Numbered from the stretch's first letter, positions 11,057 to 22,504 are shown. The stretch: DNA of 64,000 bases from Promethearchaeota archaeon (GCA_019058445.1 JAHPZA010000003.1:356919-420918), one strand, 5' to 3'. Made by a program: numbers and translations. Notes: generated by a model not told the origin, from the sequence alone.

Positions 11057-12445
11057 TTATTTAAGACCTTTTCTTTCTAGCTCTGCGAATAGGTTTTCTT
11101 TCTTCTCACCTTTTAAATCGTACCATTTTATAAGAATAAGAAACCCTATAAAGCATAATATAGCTGGAATTAAAGCTCCGTGAACTCGAATACCCCATAG
11201 AGCTAGTTCTGTTTGAGTAGCTCCAGGTCTATAACCTGTTGAAATATGCACAACAGCAATTATCATTGCTTGAAAAACTATAGATAAACGAAAAATTACT
11301 GTTCTTATACCAGCAAGAGTTGATTCCAATCTTTTTCCCATAGTTAAAGCTACTTCATCATTTACATCCGCAAAAATTGCATAAGCTATAAAAGCTAATG
11401 CTGAGAAACCCATTCCAATGATTATTGAAGCTATAAAGTATTCTTCAAAAGTTGTAATAAATATATAGGGAATCAAACAGATAGCAAAAAATAAAAGTCC
11501 TAAATAAAACGTATTTGCATGTCCGATCTTTTTAGCAATATAAAACCAGACGGGTATGGTTATGATAAAAGAAATTGTACTTGCTAAAACAGTATATACC
11601 GCATAAGAGTAAGGTATTTCAAGGATGTCTTTAAAATAATATAATTCTGAAGCTGTGAATAACGCCCCCCCAAGAGTATATAAAAGAATAGCGATGGTAT
11701 ATACAGTGAAATTTTTATGTTTAAACGATATTTTCGCTGTTTTAATAAAAGAAACTCTTTCTGAAGATTCATAATTTTGGATATATATATTTTTTACTTC
11801 ATCAGTTTCTCGCACACCTGGAATAAGAATAATAGCACAGAATAATAATATGATTACAACAATCAATGCAGCTAAACCATATGATTCAATATCTCCGAAG
11901 ACAATAAACAAAGGAGGTATTATACTTACAAATAAAACACCTATTCCAGGTATTATATTAGTATATGCACTTGCTTTTCTACGTTGCTCGTCTGAACGGA
12001 ACTGCATGGTAAAAGAGCCATAGAAATGTACTGAATATAATGAGAAAAAGAAATCAAATGCACATAGTGTAATCACCATGTATAAAAAGATGGTAAATTC
12101 ATCTGAAGTAAATGGGGGAGTATAGAGAAGGAAATAACATAATAATGTTGGAAAAACCCCTATCATAATCCACGGGAATCGCATTCCGTATTTCTTTGCC
12201 CAACTAAAAGGTTTATCGGTCAAATACCCAAGCAATGGATCGTTTAAAGCATTCCATATGGCAAAAATAATAAGAGCAAAAGCAACATAGGTTACAGCTA
12301 AACCAACTTCTACCTCATAAAAGAATATTATGAATGTTCCATAAGCAGAGCTGAGATAATATCCGATGATATCGCCAAAAGCCCATGATGCCATTTTGCC
12401 ACTCGACGTATCAACTCTTTCGGATTGTCGTGGTTTATTGTTCAT
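11057..12445 (-). CDS. MFS transporter, GPH/MelB family
   Basis: About 12 TM segments; WNALNDPLLGYLTD and GMRFPW motifs. Confidence 0.9.
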   Translation of the reverse strand: MNNKPRQSERVDTSSGKMASWAFGDIIGYYLSSAYGTFIIFFYEVEVGLAVTYVAFALIIFAIWNALNDPLLGYLTDKPFSWAKKYGMRFPWIMIGVFPTLLCYFLLYTPPFTSDEFTIFLYMVITLCAFDFFFSLYSVHFYGSFTMQFRSDEQRRKASAYTNIIPGIGVLFVSIIPPLFIVFGDIESYGLAALIVVIILLFCAIILIPGVRETDEVKNIYIQNYESSERVSFIKTAKISFKHKNFTVYTIAILLYTLGGALFTASELYYFKDILEIPYSYAVYTVLASTISFIITIPVWFYIAKKIGHANTFYLGLLFFAICLIPYIFITTFEEYFIASIIIGMGFSALAFIAYAIFADVNDEVALTMGKRLESTLAGIRTVIFRLSIVFQAMIIAVVHISTGYRPGATQTELALWGIRVHGALIPAILCFIGFLILIKWYDLKGEKKENLFAELERKGLK

Positions 12446-12571
12446 TTTTATATCAGGTTTTTTATTTTAAGTTAAAAAATATATCTGTTTTAATTCTATT
12501 TAAATTTATTGCAATTAATGATAAACATTAATAGTTAGTATTATAAAATAAAAAAAATAGAGATTTATGAA

Positions 12572-13333
12572 TCAATCTTTTATATTTAATAGTTTTTTCA
12601 TAAAATCAGGCATCATAAATCCAATATAGAAAAATATCGTTGAAATAATTAGAATTATTCTTGCAATCACTGCGAACTCTAGACCAAGGAAAATGCTCAT
12701 AAAGTCCATTTCACCAAAAAAGTACAATATGAAACATATGAACAAAAACTTTCCTTTCCACTTAACCGCTGGATTGTCCAATACTTTCATTGATTTGATT
12801 GAAAAATGGAGACCTGTTACAAGTACTGTAATAAGAAGGATTAAAGAAAAAAGGAGCACGATATCTGATGCATCACTCATAAAAGCTGTTATTTCATAAC
12901 CAAGCATTTCTTTCACAGGAGCCCCCGGTGCAATGCGTAGGTAATATATTGCATATATGAAAAAGGCTAGGCATATAATTCCATAAATAATTAAGATTAA
13001 TATCTGAACATTTAGTCTACGGTCTTGTATCACTTTCAAATAAATATAGAGCCAAGCAAGAAACGAAATGATAACACCTATTAAATTAATTTCTGTTAAG
13101 AATCCATAGGGATATAAATTACCTGTGAGAATCCAATAAATGTATTCTGAACCAACTTGCCAATACGAAACACTTGTAAAGAATATAGCCAAAAAAAAAA
13201 CATAGAGTAGGCTCTCCCTCTGCTTAAATGCTTTTTTCATAATGATCATGCTCAAGATAAGATCAATAATAGCTGCTAGTAAAGTCATCATACCATAGGC
13301 TTGGTCTGATATGGATATCGCTACAAATAACAC
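12572..13333 (-). CDS. 7-TM membrane protein of unknown function
   Basis: Seven hydrophobic segments. Confidence 0.65.
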   Translation of the reverse strand: MLFVAISISDQAYGMMTLLAAIIDLILSMIIMKKAFKQRESLLYVFFLAIFFTSVSYWQVGSEYIYWILTGNLYPYGFLTEINLIGVIISFLAWLYIYLKVIQDRRLNVQILILIIYGIICLAFFIYAIYYLRIAPGAPVKEMLGYEITAFMSDASDIVLLFSLILLITVLVTGLHFSIKSMKVLDNPAVKWKGKFLFICFILYFFGEMDFMSIFLGLEFAVIARIILIISTIFFYIGFMMPDFMKKLLNIKD

Positions 13334-13541
13334 GAAATCACTTTTAGATCTATTTAATTTATAATATTTGATTTTAAGTATGAAATTATATATGTTGTCT
13401 TAATATTTAAATATATATAAATTAGTGATAATTAGTAATGATAATTCATTACAAATGAATTTGATTAGAACATCAAAAAAATAAAGGGCATAGAAAGAAC
13501 ATTCCTAAAGAAGAGTTATAAAAATAAAAGTAATTAATTTT

Positions 13542-14654
13542 TTAATCAATCCACTTTATAGTTATTTTTGGCCCAAACTCTTGAAATCTTTGAATAAATT
13601 CTTCAGAAGGGATACATGCTTCGGGGGGTAACAATCCTCTTTCTTTTATTTTGCCTTCGCCAATCATTACTGCTGCTAATGCTGCAGGTAAGCTGGTTAA
13701 TTCATCCATTCCGCCAGCGGCAGAAAATATTATGCTTATAGGGTTTCCATCCTTCTCTCCTAAAGCTTCAACTCTGAATGTGGAGGGAACAGAAGAGATA
13801 AAACCTTCTAGTGATTCATTTTTTGTCAATTTCTTTATTTCGAGAGCAGATTCATGGATTTTCTCTGGACTGCTCGTTTTTCCCGTTTTAATGAAGTTAT
13901 TAATTAACCACATATTATTCGCATGAGGGACCAATCCCCCTTTTAAAGTAACTTCTCTTAAGCCTTTAATGTATTTAGGTAGCGTAACGGGTTCTGGGTG
14001 AGCGACGTCAAATACTCTTGCTCTTCCAACCTCTGGAAACTCATATCTTGTTATTCCTTTCGTAGCAGGCACATGGATTATTTTTCCGTTCTGGAAAGAT
14101 GGCACATCTCCTGTCATAATTTTCAAGGTATGTTCAACCACAGCTAAGCCTTCTGAACTAGGATCTCCTGTCCATGCTATAGAGAGGGTATGTATGGAAT
14201 CTAAAATTTCAGAAGCTCTTTTTGAACAGATATTTGTTAGACCAGGTGTCCACCCGCAGCCGTAGATGTATATAATATCATTGCATCTTGATTCTTTTTC
14301 ATTTAAGTTAAATAAATCCATAGTAGGATCCGAATCATCGCAAATGTCAACACCATTAATATTTGCATCAATAGCCGCATTGGCGATTAGTGTAGCATAT
14401 TTAAAGTTTGGTCCGATACAATTAATTAATACATCATAGCTTTTGAGAATATTAACCAGCTCGTTGTGATTATTAGCATCTATTTTAATAGAATCTATTT
14501 CAGAATCAATTTTTTTAGCTTTTTCTTTTGCAATATCGACGCGATAATCACCTACAGTAATGTTTTTTCCATTATTGCCTAATAATTTATACAGATATCT
14601 CATAGCATTGGAGCCCATATCTCCTGCTCCACCTAAAACAATATATTTTGACAC
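13542..14654 (-). CDS. Saccharopine dehydrogenase-like oxidoreductase (probable GTG start at 14654; ORF track gives 14696)
   Basis: LGGAGDMG, NCIGP, DICDD, GCGWTPG and HPEPVTLP motifs. Confidence 0.88.
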   Translation of the reverse strand: MSKYIVLGGAGDMGSNAMRYLYKLLGNNGKNITVGDYRVDIAKEKAKKIDSEIDSIKIDANNHNELVNILKSYDVLINCIGPNFKYATLIANAAIDANINGVDICDDSDPTMDLFNLNEKESRCNDIIYIYGCGWTPGLTNICSKRASEILDSIHTLSIAWTGDPSSEGLAVVEHTLKIMTGDVPSFQNGKIIHVPATKGITRYEFPEVGRARVFDVAHPEPVTLPKYIKGLREVTLKGGLVPHANNMWLINNFIKTGKTSSPEKIHESALEIKKLTKNESLEGFISSVPSTFRVEALGEKDGNPISIIFSAAGGMDELTSLPAALAAVMIGEGKIKERGLLPPEACIPSEEFIQRFQEFGPKITIKWID

Positions 14655-14839
14655 TTTTCCACCACTTTTTACTAATCTTTGAAGTGTATTTTGCAATTAA
14701 TGATAAACTTTAATATATATTATTAAGAAAATGATGTATTTAAAGTTTATAAATTAGTGATAATTGTTAATTTATAAACCTTTAAATAAAATTAAACCCA
14801 ATTATACTATCATAGCACCTAACTAAAGGAGAGTATAAC

Positions 14840-16471
14840 TTGAGTAATGATGTTTTAATTAGAAATGGATTAGTAATGGATGGGACAGGTACATCTGCAT
14901 TCAAAGCCGATGTCCTGGTTAATGGAGATAAAATTGAAGATATTGGATCATTTAATGAGGTTGATGCTACTAAAATAATCAATGCGGAAGGCTTAGTGGT
15001 TGCTCCGGGATTTATAGACTGCCATACTCATCTTGATTTTTTCTTTCCTAATCCTCGCCATGCTGAAGTTCTGGAAAGCTGGGTACATCAAGGGGTAACA
15101 ACAATTGTAGGAGGAAATTGTGGTTATAGCCCAGCGCCTATAAATCATGACAAAGAAGAACTTATCAATACATTTTGGAATTTCGCACTTCCTCATGATG
15201 GATTAAAATATGAATGGAACACTTTTAAAGAATATTTGGATGTTCTTCAGAGGAATGGACAAGCCTTTAATATAGCTCTCCTTACGGGTTTCAATACACT
15301 TCGTACAAATGTAATGGGTTGGGACGCTCGTCTTGCTAAACCAGAGGAGATATCTGATATGAAAAAGATGCTTAAATCTTCCTTGAAAGAAGGATCTTTT
15401 GGGCTTTCTTTGGGATTATATTATGTCCCAGGGACCTATTCTAATACAAATGAGTTAATGGATGTAGCTTCTGTTTTAACTGAATTTAAAGCACCATTAG
15501 TACCACATACTAGAGGATTAACTAACCATTATGATAAAGCGGTTCAGGAAGTTATCGATATTGCTGAAGTAAATAAAATCCCATTACAATTATCTCATCA
15601 TGCTGGAGGGACTACACAGAGAGTAAGAAGAAAAGCAATAAAAGCAGTTAAATTAGCTAAGGAAAGGGGTTTAGAAATAGGGCACGATAACATGCCCTGG
15701 GCTGGTGGTTGTACAGCAGTACTAGCTCATTTGCCGCCATGGATTTTAGATGGAGGAATTGAAAAGTTGTTTGAGAGACTTCAAGATTCGGATACTCGCA
15801 AACAAGCCATAGACGAAATAAAAAACTATGAACCACAATGGCCCAATTGGGAACATAATTATATGACAGATAAATTTTTTGACAAGCACACTCACATTTG
15901 CGGATTCAAGTTGGAAAGAAACAAAAAATTTGAATATGAGACAATTCAAAAAATTGCAAAAGAACTCAAGACGGATATTTACAATGCACTACTTGATCTA
16001 ATCATAGATGAAAAGGGAAAACTCTTTACCGTAGGATATATGGATCACCCCTTAGCCGAAAAGTACTATAATGAGTTAATTGCGGATCCAGACTGCTCCA
16101 TCGAGACGGACGTTGTAGGAGTAGATTTTAATAATCCCTTTCCAGTCTCTTATGGCAATTTTACTAAAGTTTTAGGGGAAATTGCTCGAGATAGAAAAGT
16201 AATTTCTCAAGAGGAAGCCGTCCGCAAGATGACTTTCCTTCCAGCCCAGCAAATGCAGATCAAAGAGCGTGGAATCTTAAGAAATGGTTATTTTGCAGAT
16301 ATCACTATTTTTAATCCAAGGACCATTAATTCTCGAGTTACATTTAAGAAACATTTCCAAAAGTCTAAAGGAATAGAATATGTGTTGATTAATGGAAAAA
16401 TTGTGCTTGAACAGGGGAACTATAATGCAAATGCTTTTGCTGGAAAAGTTTTGCGAAGAAATGATTCATGA
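14840..16471 (+). CDS. N-acyl-D-amino-acid deacylase (amidohydrolase)
   Basis: APGFIDCHTH and QGVTTIVGGNCG motifs. Confidence 0.9.
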   Translation: MSNDVLIRNGLVMDGTGTSAFKADVLVNGDKIEDIGSFNEVDATKIINAEGLVVAPGFIDCHTHLDFFFPNPRHAEVLESWVHQGVTTIVGGNCGYSPAPINHDKEELINTFWNFALPHDGLKYEWNTFKEYLDVLQRNGQAFNIALLTGFNTLRTNVMGWDARLAKPEEISDMKKMLKSSLKEGSFGLSLGLYYVPGTYSNTNELMDVASVLTEFKAPLVPHTRGLTNHYDKAVQEVIDIAEVNKIPLQLSHHAGGTTQRVRRKAIKAVKLAKERGLEIGHDNMPWAGGCTAVLAHLPPWILDGGIEKLFERLQDSDTRKQAIDEIKNYEPQWPNWEHNYMTDKFFDKHTHICGFKLERNKKFEYETIQKIAKELKTDIYNALLDLIIDEKGKLFTVGYMDHPLAEKYYNELIADPDCSIETDVVGVDFNNPFPVSYGNFTKVLGEIARDRKVISQEEAVRKMTFLPAQQMQIKERGILRNGYFADITIFNPRTINSRVTFKKHFQKSKGIEYVLINGKIVLEQGNYNANAFAGKVLRRNDS

Positions 16472-16519
16472 TATTTAACTAAATAAAAAATAAAATAAAA
16501 TTAAAAATCAAATTAAGAG

Positions 16520-17761
16520 TTGAGAAAATATATGAAAGTTTTAGCATTAGGAGGGGCAGGAGATATGGGCAGAATGGCTGTAGCTGTACTATTAGATTCT
16601 CCCAGTGTTACTTCTGTCACAGTGGCAGATATAAATTCTGAACTGATTAATATTTTTGTTGAAATGGTTGATTCGCCTAAATTAAGTCCTGTTCAAATAG
16701 ATATCACTGATAAAAAGAAATTGATTGATTTGATATCTTCTCACGATGTTGTAATTAATACAGTCGGACCGTTTTTCAAATTTGAGATCCCCATCTTGGA
16801 AGCAGTAATTGAAGCTAAGAAGCCTTTTCTGGACATTTGCGACGATTGGAAACCTACTTTAGATGCGCTTGAATTTGATGAGAAAGCAAAGGAAGCGGGA
16901 ATTACTGCAGTTATAGGAATTGGAGCAAGTCCTGGTATAACAAATATCATGGGAGTTTATGCCTGCTCTAAGCTAGACGAAGTGGATGAATTAATTACTG
17001 CGTGGGGCATGGATATAGATATTAAGGCAGGAAAAAAGCCGAAATATTATATTAAACCGGAAAAATTGAAAAAGAAACTGGGGAAATCTGAGAGAAAGCC
17101 AAACGCAGCTTTGATGCATCTTCTATATGAAACCATCGAAAAAATCCCAATATATAAAGATGGCAAAATGATTGAGATTGAACCACTCACTGAAGTCGAA
17201 CCATTTGATTTACCCGGTTATAAAAGTATGTATGCTTGTATAATTGGTCATCCTGAACCTATAACCCTACCAAGAACTATAAAAGCGAAATCAGTTTCAA
17301 ATGTGATGTATATTGGAGAAACTGCAACAGAGGCTACTCGCAAATATAGCCAAAAAATAAAAGACAAGGAACTTACAATTGAAGAGGCAACTCTTGCTTT
17401 AGCAAAAGAATATGCCGAATTAACCGAGAGCGCTTTCAAAGATAAAAGTATATTGGAACAATATGTGGGCGGTCCACCAACTTTATCCGTACTTGCCATT
17501 GGTAAGAAGGATGGAAAAAGAAAAAAAGTAGGAATTGCTCTTGGTCGTGAACCTTTTGGCGAAATGGCAGGAGTTACAAGTGTTCCACTTGGAATTGCCA
17601 CAATTATGCTTATAGAGGGAAAAATCACTCAAAAAGGAGTATTGACTCCTGAAGAGGCATTCAAAGATAATCCTATGGAATTTTTTGATAAACTTGCTCC
17701 ATATTGTGGGAAAAATTTAACAGGTAAAGATGTTTTGATTGACAGAGAAGAAGATCTTTAA
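16520..17761 (+). CDS. Saccharopine dehydrogenase-like oxidoreductase
   Basis: LGGAGDMG, NTVGPF, DICDD, GIGASPG and GHPEP motifs. Confidence 0.88.
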   Translation: MRKYMKVLALGGAGDMGRMAVAVLLDSPSVTSVTVADINSELINIFVEMVDSPKLSPVQIDITDKKKLIDLISSHDVVINTVGPFFKFEIPILEAVIEAKKPFLDICDDWKPTLDALEFDEKAKEAGITAVIGIGASPGITNIMGVYACSKLDEVDELITAWGMDIDIKAGKKPKYYIKPEKLKKKLGKSERKPNAALMHLLYETIEKIPIYKDGKMIEIEPLTEVEPFDLPGYKSMYACIIGHPEPITLPRTIKAKSVSNVMYIGETATEATRKYSQKIKDKELTIEEATLALAKEYAELTESAFKDKSILEQYVGGPPTLSVLAIGKKDGKRKKVGIALGREPFGEMAGVTSVPLGIATIMLIEGKITQKGVLTPEEAFKDNPMEFFDKLAPYCGKNLTGKDVLIDREEDL

Positions 17762-17912
17762 AGCGATTATAAAATTTTAATTTCTTTTTTTTAATATTTA
17801 CTTTTCTCTTAAAAAGGGAGATAATTTATACTTAAATCTAAAAATTATAAATCCAAGTAAAAACTTTGAAGAATGAACATATTTTTATTAATACTTAAGG
17901 AGGATAGAAATT

Positions 17913-19928
17913 ATGAAATTTGTAAAATTATATGAACCGCTAATGATTAAAGATGTAGAAATCCGCAACCGATTTGTGTTACCTGCGATGGCATTAAATT
18001 TTACCCCAAATGGATCTATAGGAGACAAATTTAGTAATTTTTATGCTGAAAGAGCTAAAGGAGGTGTCGGTTTAATAATAATAGGAGGATGCCAGATCGA
18101 AGCGAGAGGAGCTGCGCCAAGTTTTATTGCGGTTGATGACGATAAATATTTACCAGAATTATCTAAATTTGCTGAAAGAATCCATAGTCATGGCGCAAAA
18201 CTTGTGGCTCAATTGTATCATGCGGGGGCCTATGCTATCTCTCCTGATGCTGTATCTTGCTCGGCAATACGCTCGAATTTAACCAAAATGATGCCCAAAG
18301 AATTAACAATTGAGGATATCAAAATCGTTCAAGAGAGTCATGCTACCGCAGCTGAGCGCGTAAGAAAAGCCGGGTTTGATGGTGTAGAGCTACTTGGAAG
18401 TGCAGGGTATCTTATTAATCAATTCTTAAGCCCAAAAACTAATACAAGAATAGATCAATATGGTGGATCTCTAGAGAATCGGCTACGATATCCGCTTGAA
18501 CTTATAAAATTAGTAAAAGAAAGAGTAGGAAAAGATATATTGGTCGGTATTAGAATAGCCGGAGATGATTTTGTTCCCGGGTCTAATACGTACAAAGAAA
18601 GTGCTATATTTGCCAAATATTATGATGAAGCAGGTGTAGATTATATAAATGTAACTGGAGGCTGGCATGAAACCAGAATTCCACAAATCCCTATGATGGT
18701 ACCACAAGGAGCTTATGCATATTTAGCTGAAAATGTAAGAAATAATGTTAATGTTCCAGTTTTTTCATCCAATCGAATTAACAGTCCAGTTATTGCAGAA
18801 AAGATATTGAGGAATGAGATGGCTGATGCAATATGTATGGGCCGTGCTCTCATCGCCGACCCTTATTTACCTAATAAGACCAAAGAGAATAAACTTTGGG
18901 ACATCCGAAAGTGTGTGGGATGTAATCAAGGATGCTTTGATCATATTTTCGGGGGGAAAGGTGTGGAGTGCATGAGAAATTTTGAAGTATCCCGGGAAGG
19001 AAAATTCGATCTTGATAAAAAAACAGACAATCCAATGAAGGTTCTAATTATCGGTAGCGGTCCTGGAGGTTTAGAGGCTGCTCGAGTGGCAAAAATATTA
19101 GGGCACAATGTAACTATTCTAGAGAAAAAAGATAAAATAGGTGGACAAGCTAATTCATCATGGGCTCCCCCTGGACGCCATGACATTAAAGAAATCATTG
19201 ATTACTATCATGCTCAAATTGAACATCTTAATATTGATTTGCAGCTCGGAAAAGAAGCAACACCTGAAATAATCAATAAACATAATCCCGATGCAGTTAT
19301 ATTTGCGACAGGTGTAAAATATACTATTCCAAATATTCCAGGTATCGATGGAAGTCTTGAGAGTAATATTTATTCAGCTGAAGATGTACTTTCAGGAGAT
19401 ATACCTGTTGGAAAGAATATTGTTATAGTTGGTGGATCGGGAACGGGTATGGAAACAGCAATATGGGCTGCGGAATTAGGGACTTTAGATTCAGAAGTCG
19501 CTCGTTTTATAAGCCTTTATGAACTAATGCCACGAGAAGAAATTTTTGATAGATGGCTAAAAGGTAATAGAAACGTCACATTAATAGAAATGCTCCCCAA
19601 ATTAGGATTAAATGTCGGAAGGACAACACGAGGCTTTTTAATAGGGCATATCATGAAATTGGGTATAAATGTAATTACTAATGCAAATATCACGAAATTT
19701 GAAGGAAATAAAATAGAATTTGACCATGCTGGTGAACAGAAGATATTAGAGAACATAGACACGTTTATATTAGCTACTGGAGTAACCCCAAATACTGATC
19801 TCCATGATAAATTGAAAGCTTCCAATCCATCATTCAAAATCTATAAAATAGGTGACTGTAAAAAAGCGAGAACTATGATGGAAGCAATTCATGAGGGATT
19901 TAAAACAGCTTATAAACTCGATAAATAA
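17913..19928 (+). CDS. fadH: NADPH-dependent 2,4-dienoyl-CoA reductase (OYE plus FAD domain)
   Basis: ERAKGGVGL, GSAGYLINQFLS, CVGCNQGC and IIGSGPGG motifs. Confidence 0.85.
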   Translation: MKFVKLYEPLMIKDVEIRNRFVLPAMALNFTPNGSIGDKFSNFYAERAKGGVGLIIIGGCQIEARGAAPSFIAVDDDKYLPELSKFAERIHSHGAKLVAQLYHAGAYAISPDAVSCSAIRSNLTKMMPKELTIEDIKIVQESHATAAERVRKAGFDGVELLGSAGYLINQFLSPKTNTRIDQYGGSLENRLRYPLELIKLVKERVGKDILVGIRIAGDDFVPGSNTYKESAIFAKYYDEAGVDYINVTGGWHETRIPQIPMMVPQGAYAYLAENVRNNVNVPVFSSNRINSPVIAEKILRNEMADAICMGRALIADPYLPNKTKENKLWDIRKCVGCNQGCFDHIFGGKGVECMRNFEVSREGKFDLDKKTDNPMKVLIIGSGPGGLEAARVAKILGHNVTILEKKDKIGGQANSSWAPPGRHDIKEIIDYYHAQIEHLNIDLQLGKEATPEIINKHNPDAVIFATGVKYTIPNIPGIDGSLESNIYSAEDVLSGDIPVGKNIVIVGGSGTGMETAIWAAELGTLDSEVARFISLYELMPREEIFDRWLKGNRNVTLIEMLPKLGLNVGRTTRGFLIGHIMKLGINVITNANITKFEGNKIEFDHAGEQKILENIDTFILATGVTPNTDLHDKLKASNPSFKIYKIGDCKKARTMMEAIHEGFKTAYKLDK

Positions 19929-20060
19929 CTTTTAAACTTTTAAATCCATTTTTTAATTTTCTTAATTCTTTCTATCTTTATTATTTAATCAAAGTACTTT
20001 TAGCAAAGAAAATATTCAAATAAATAATATCAACAAATAATATTTTAGGGGAACTTAAAT

Positions 20061-20891
20061 ATGACTAAGGTTAAAATATCTGCTGTTCAATATAAGTATA
20101 AAGAACTTGATAACTTTGATGAATTTGCTACTAATGTAGAAGATCTTGTAAATCAAGCGAAAGGTTCGGATTTTGTGGTTTTTCCCGAAGCTTTTACTCT
20201 TGAATTACAGTATATAATTCCCAACCATGAAATAAATAAGATCCCTGGATACGAGGGACAATATATTGAATTATTTACGAATTTAGCGAAAGAAAAAAAT
20301 CAGTATATTATCGGAGGGTCCCATATGACAATGGTTAACAATAAATTGTTTAATATTGGACATTTATTCTGCCCAGATGGGGGAATTTTTAAGCATAGCA
20401 AGACTCACTTAATGCCAGCAGAAGTTAGAATGGGATTTACCCATGGTACTAAACTAGAAATTTTTGAAACCGAAAAAGCAAAAATAGCATTGGGCATTTG
20501 TTATGAAATGGAATTTCCCGAAGTTGCAAGAACTTTAACTTTAAAAGGAGCAGAAATTATCTTTACTCCCTCATATACTTTGGGAGAGCATGGTTTCTGG
20601 CGAGTAAGACATAGCTGCCAAGCAAGAGCGATTGAAAACCAAATATATGTTGTTCACTCTTGTATGGTTGGGACTCCATTAGGTATGGACATGATGGCGG
20701 GATATGGAAGAGCATCAATTCTTAGCCCTTGTGAGGAGCCTTGGCCACCGAATGGAGTAATCGCCGAAGCAAATACAAATGAAGAGATGGTAATTACTGG
20801 AGAAGTAGACCTAAGATTGCTTCATAAAAAGAGAAAACATGGTGTAGCTACAACATTAAGCGGACGACGTCCAGAAATATATGAAATCTAG
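20061..20891 (+). CDS. Carbon-nitrogen hydrolase (nitrilase family)
   Basis: VFPE, K and ICYE catalytic triad; RAIENQ. Confidence 0.9.
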   Translation: MTKVKISAVQYKYKELDNFDEFATNVEDLVNQAKGSDFVVFPEAFTLELQYIIPNHEINKIPGYEGQYIELFTNLAKEKNQYIIGGSHMTMVNNKLFNIGHLFCPDGGIFKHSKTHLMPAEVRMGFTHGTKLEIFETEKAKIALGICYEMEFPEVARTLTLKGAEIIFTPSYTLGEHGFWRVRHSCQARAIENQIYVVHSCMVGTPLGMDMMAGYGRASILSPCEEPWPPNGVIAEANTNEEMVITGEVDLRLLHKKRKHGVATTLSGRRPEIYEI

Positions 20892-20979
20892 ATTGTATCT
20901 TTTGAAAATAAAGGAAATAAAAATATAAAGTATTGTTAAATTTACTATTTAAACATTAAAACACTTTAAGGTTTAAATA

Positions 20980-21609
20980 TTGGGAGAATTTGATATTTAT
21001 TTGAAACCAACTTTTTTTGTTGATTCTGATTCAGAAGTAATAGTTCAATTGGCTGATAAGTTAACAGAAAATATTAATCATGTAAGAGAAAACGCAAAAT
21101 CGATTTTTTATTGGACCCGAGATGAAATTCTTTATAATCCTTATGAGACTTTTACATTTGAGAGAGAAGATTATAAAGCTTCACATATTATTAAGCAGAT
21201 GAAAGGATGGTGTGTACAAAAAGCCTGTGTTTTAGCAGCACTGGCAAGGGCAATACATATCCCATCAAGATTTCATTTTGCGGATATAATCAATCATATA
21301 GTCCCTGAAAAGCTTAAGAAAGCGATGAAAACCAATTTATTCGTCTATCATGGATATACTGAATTGTATATTGATGGATCTTGGTTAAAGGCAACACCCG
21401 CGTTTAATATTAGCTTATGTGAAAAATTTAATTTAAAAACGGTTGAGTTTGATGGATTTAATGATGGAATGCTTCCCGAAATTAACTTAGATGGTCAAAA
21501 ATACATCGAATATGTAAAAGATCGAGGCATAGCTTCTGATTTTCCATTTGATCTCCTTATGAAGACAATAAGAGAGTATTATAAAACCTTAGATTGGGCA
21601 AATTATTAA
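20980..21609 (+). CDS. Transglutaminase-like protein
   Basis: GWCVQKA, HGYTE and W.KATP motifs. Confidence 0.85.
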   Translation: MGEFDIYLKPTFFVDSDSEVIVQLADKLTENINHVRENAKSIFYWTRDEILYNPYETFTFEREDYKASHIIKQMKGWCVQKACVLAALARAIHIPSRFHFADIINHIVPEKLKKAMKTNLFVYHGYTELYIDGSWLKATPAFNISLCEKFNLKTVEFDGFNDGMLPEINLDGQKYIEYVKDRGIASDFPFDLLMKTIREYYKTLDWANY

Positions 21610-21641
21610 GGAATTTAAAAATACATGAAATAATGAATTTT

Positions 21642-22448
21642 TTACCTCTTCCCTCTAAACTTAAATTCGGCTAATTGATATATTTCTAATAAACCTTCAT
21701 GTAGTAATTTCACTCTTTTTCTCCATTCATTTGCAGACTGGAATTCTGTTAACCATTTTTTATAACCAATTTTTTCTATTTTATCTCTGAATTGATCTGG
21801 AGTTTCCCACTCAAGTCCCTCTACTTCTCTATATTCCTTCGACTCTGCGAGATTCCAAAAGATAATAGGCCAAGAGCTATAAAATCCGGTAATAGTACTA
21901 TTTTTCATGTTTATAATGTGCTCACCCAATTTTTTAGAAATTAAGAAACACACAGAAATGATATCTCTTTTCTCTGAAAAACCTAAAATCTTGGATGCAA
22001 TTTCATTAATAATACCCTCCGTTTCTTTCTGTGTAGGTGGATGCGTTTCAAATGCTCTTGATGTTCTTCCTAAATGTAAATAATCGATTTCTGTATTATT
22101 ACTTAAAACCTTGGAGAGTTCTTCAGGATTTAAGTATATCCAATGAATTAATCTATCAAAATCAATATATAAGATTTTTTGAGCTTTTGAATCAGAAATA
22201 TATTCTAAGGAGGCTTGAATGGCTAATTTATAATTTCCTACTTGATCCATAGAATTTCCTACTATGACTCTAAAGCCATCATCCTTAAGGAAATTGAGAA
22301 CACTTTCTTGAGTGGAAGGAGTACAGCACACAATCCTATCTTTGAATAAAGCTTTAATCGTAGGAAGAATTGGATTCATTAATTTCATCAACTTTAATTC
22401 GGGATCATGTAACGTAGATGCTAATATAACACTGCTACTTTTATTCAT
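21642..22448 (-). CDS. Conserved hypothetical protein, GT-A fold-like
   Basis: HDP N-terminal motif; DxD-like YIDFDR. Confidence 0.55.
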   Translation of the reverse strand: MNKSSSVILASTLHDPELKLMKLMNPILPTIKALFKDRIVCCTPSTQESVLNFLKDDGFRVIVGNSMDQVGNYKLAIQASLEYISDSKAQKILYIDFDRLIHWIYLNPEELSKVLSNNTEIDYLHLGRTSRAFETHPPTQKETEGIINEIASKILGFSEKRDIISVCFLISKKLGEHIINMKNSTITGFYSSWPIIFWNLAESKEYREVEGLEWETPDQFRDKIEKIGYKKWLTEFQSANEWRKRVKLLHEGLLEIYQLAEFKFRGKR

Positions 22449-22504
22449 GCTTAATTTCTAACCTATTATGGGATTTAATTAAAAAAAGTGCTAAATTAGT
22501 AGTT

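Larger units (their letters stand above)
12509..14765. promoter_or_regulatory. Repeated AATTARTGATAA operator-like boxes (within 12509-12526, 13416-13433, 14691-14708, 14748-14765)
   Basis: Two pairs of identical 18-mers; three copies lie 7-8 nt upstream of a minus-strand TTTAAATA TATA box. Confidence 0.55.

Noticed and set aside
17010-17100. Lys-rich insertion in the saccharopine dehydrogenase-like gene as an in-frame intron
   Set aside because: No BHB pairing found; it falls in a plausibly variable loop
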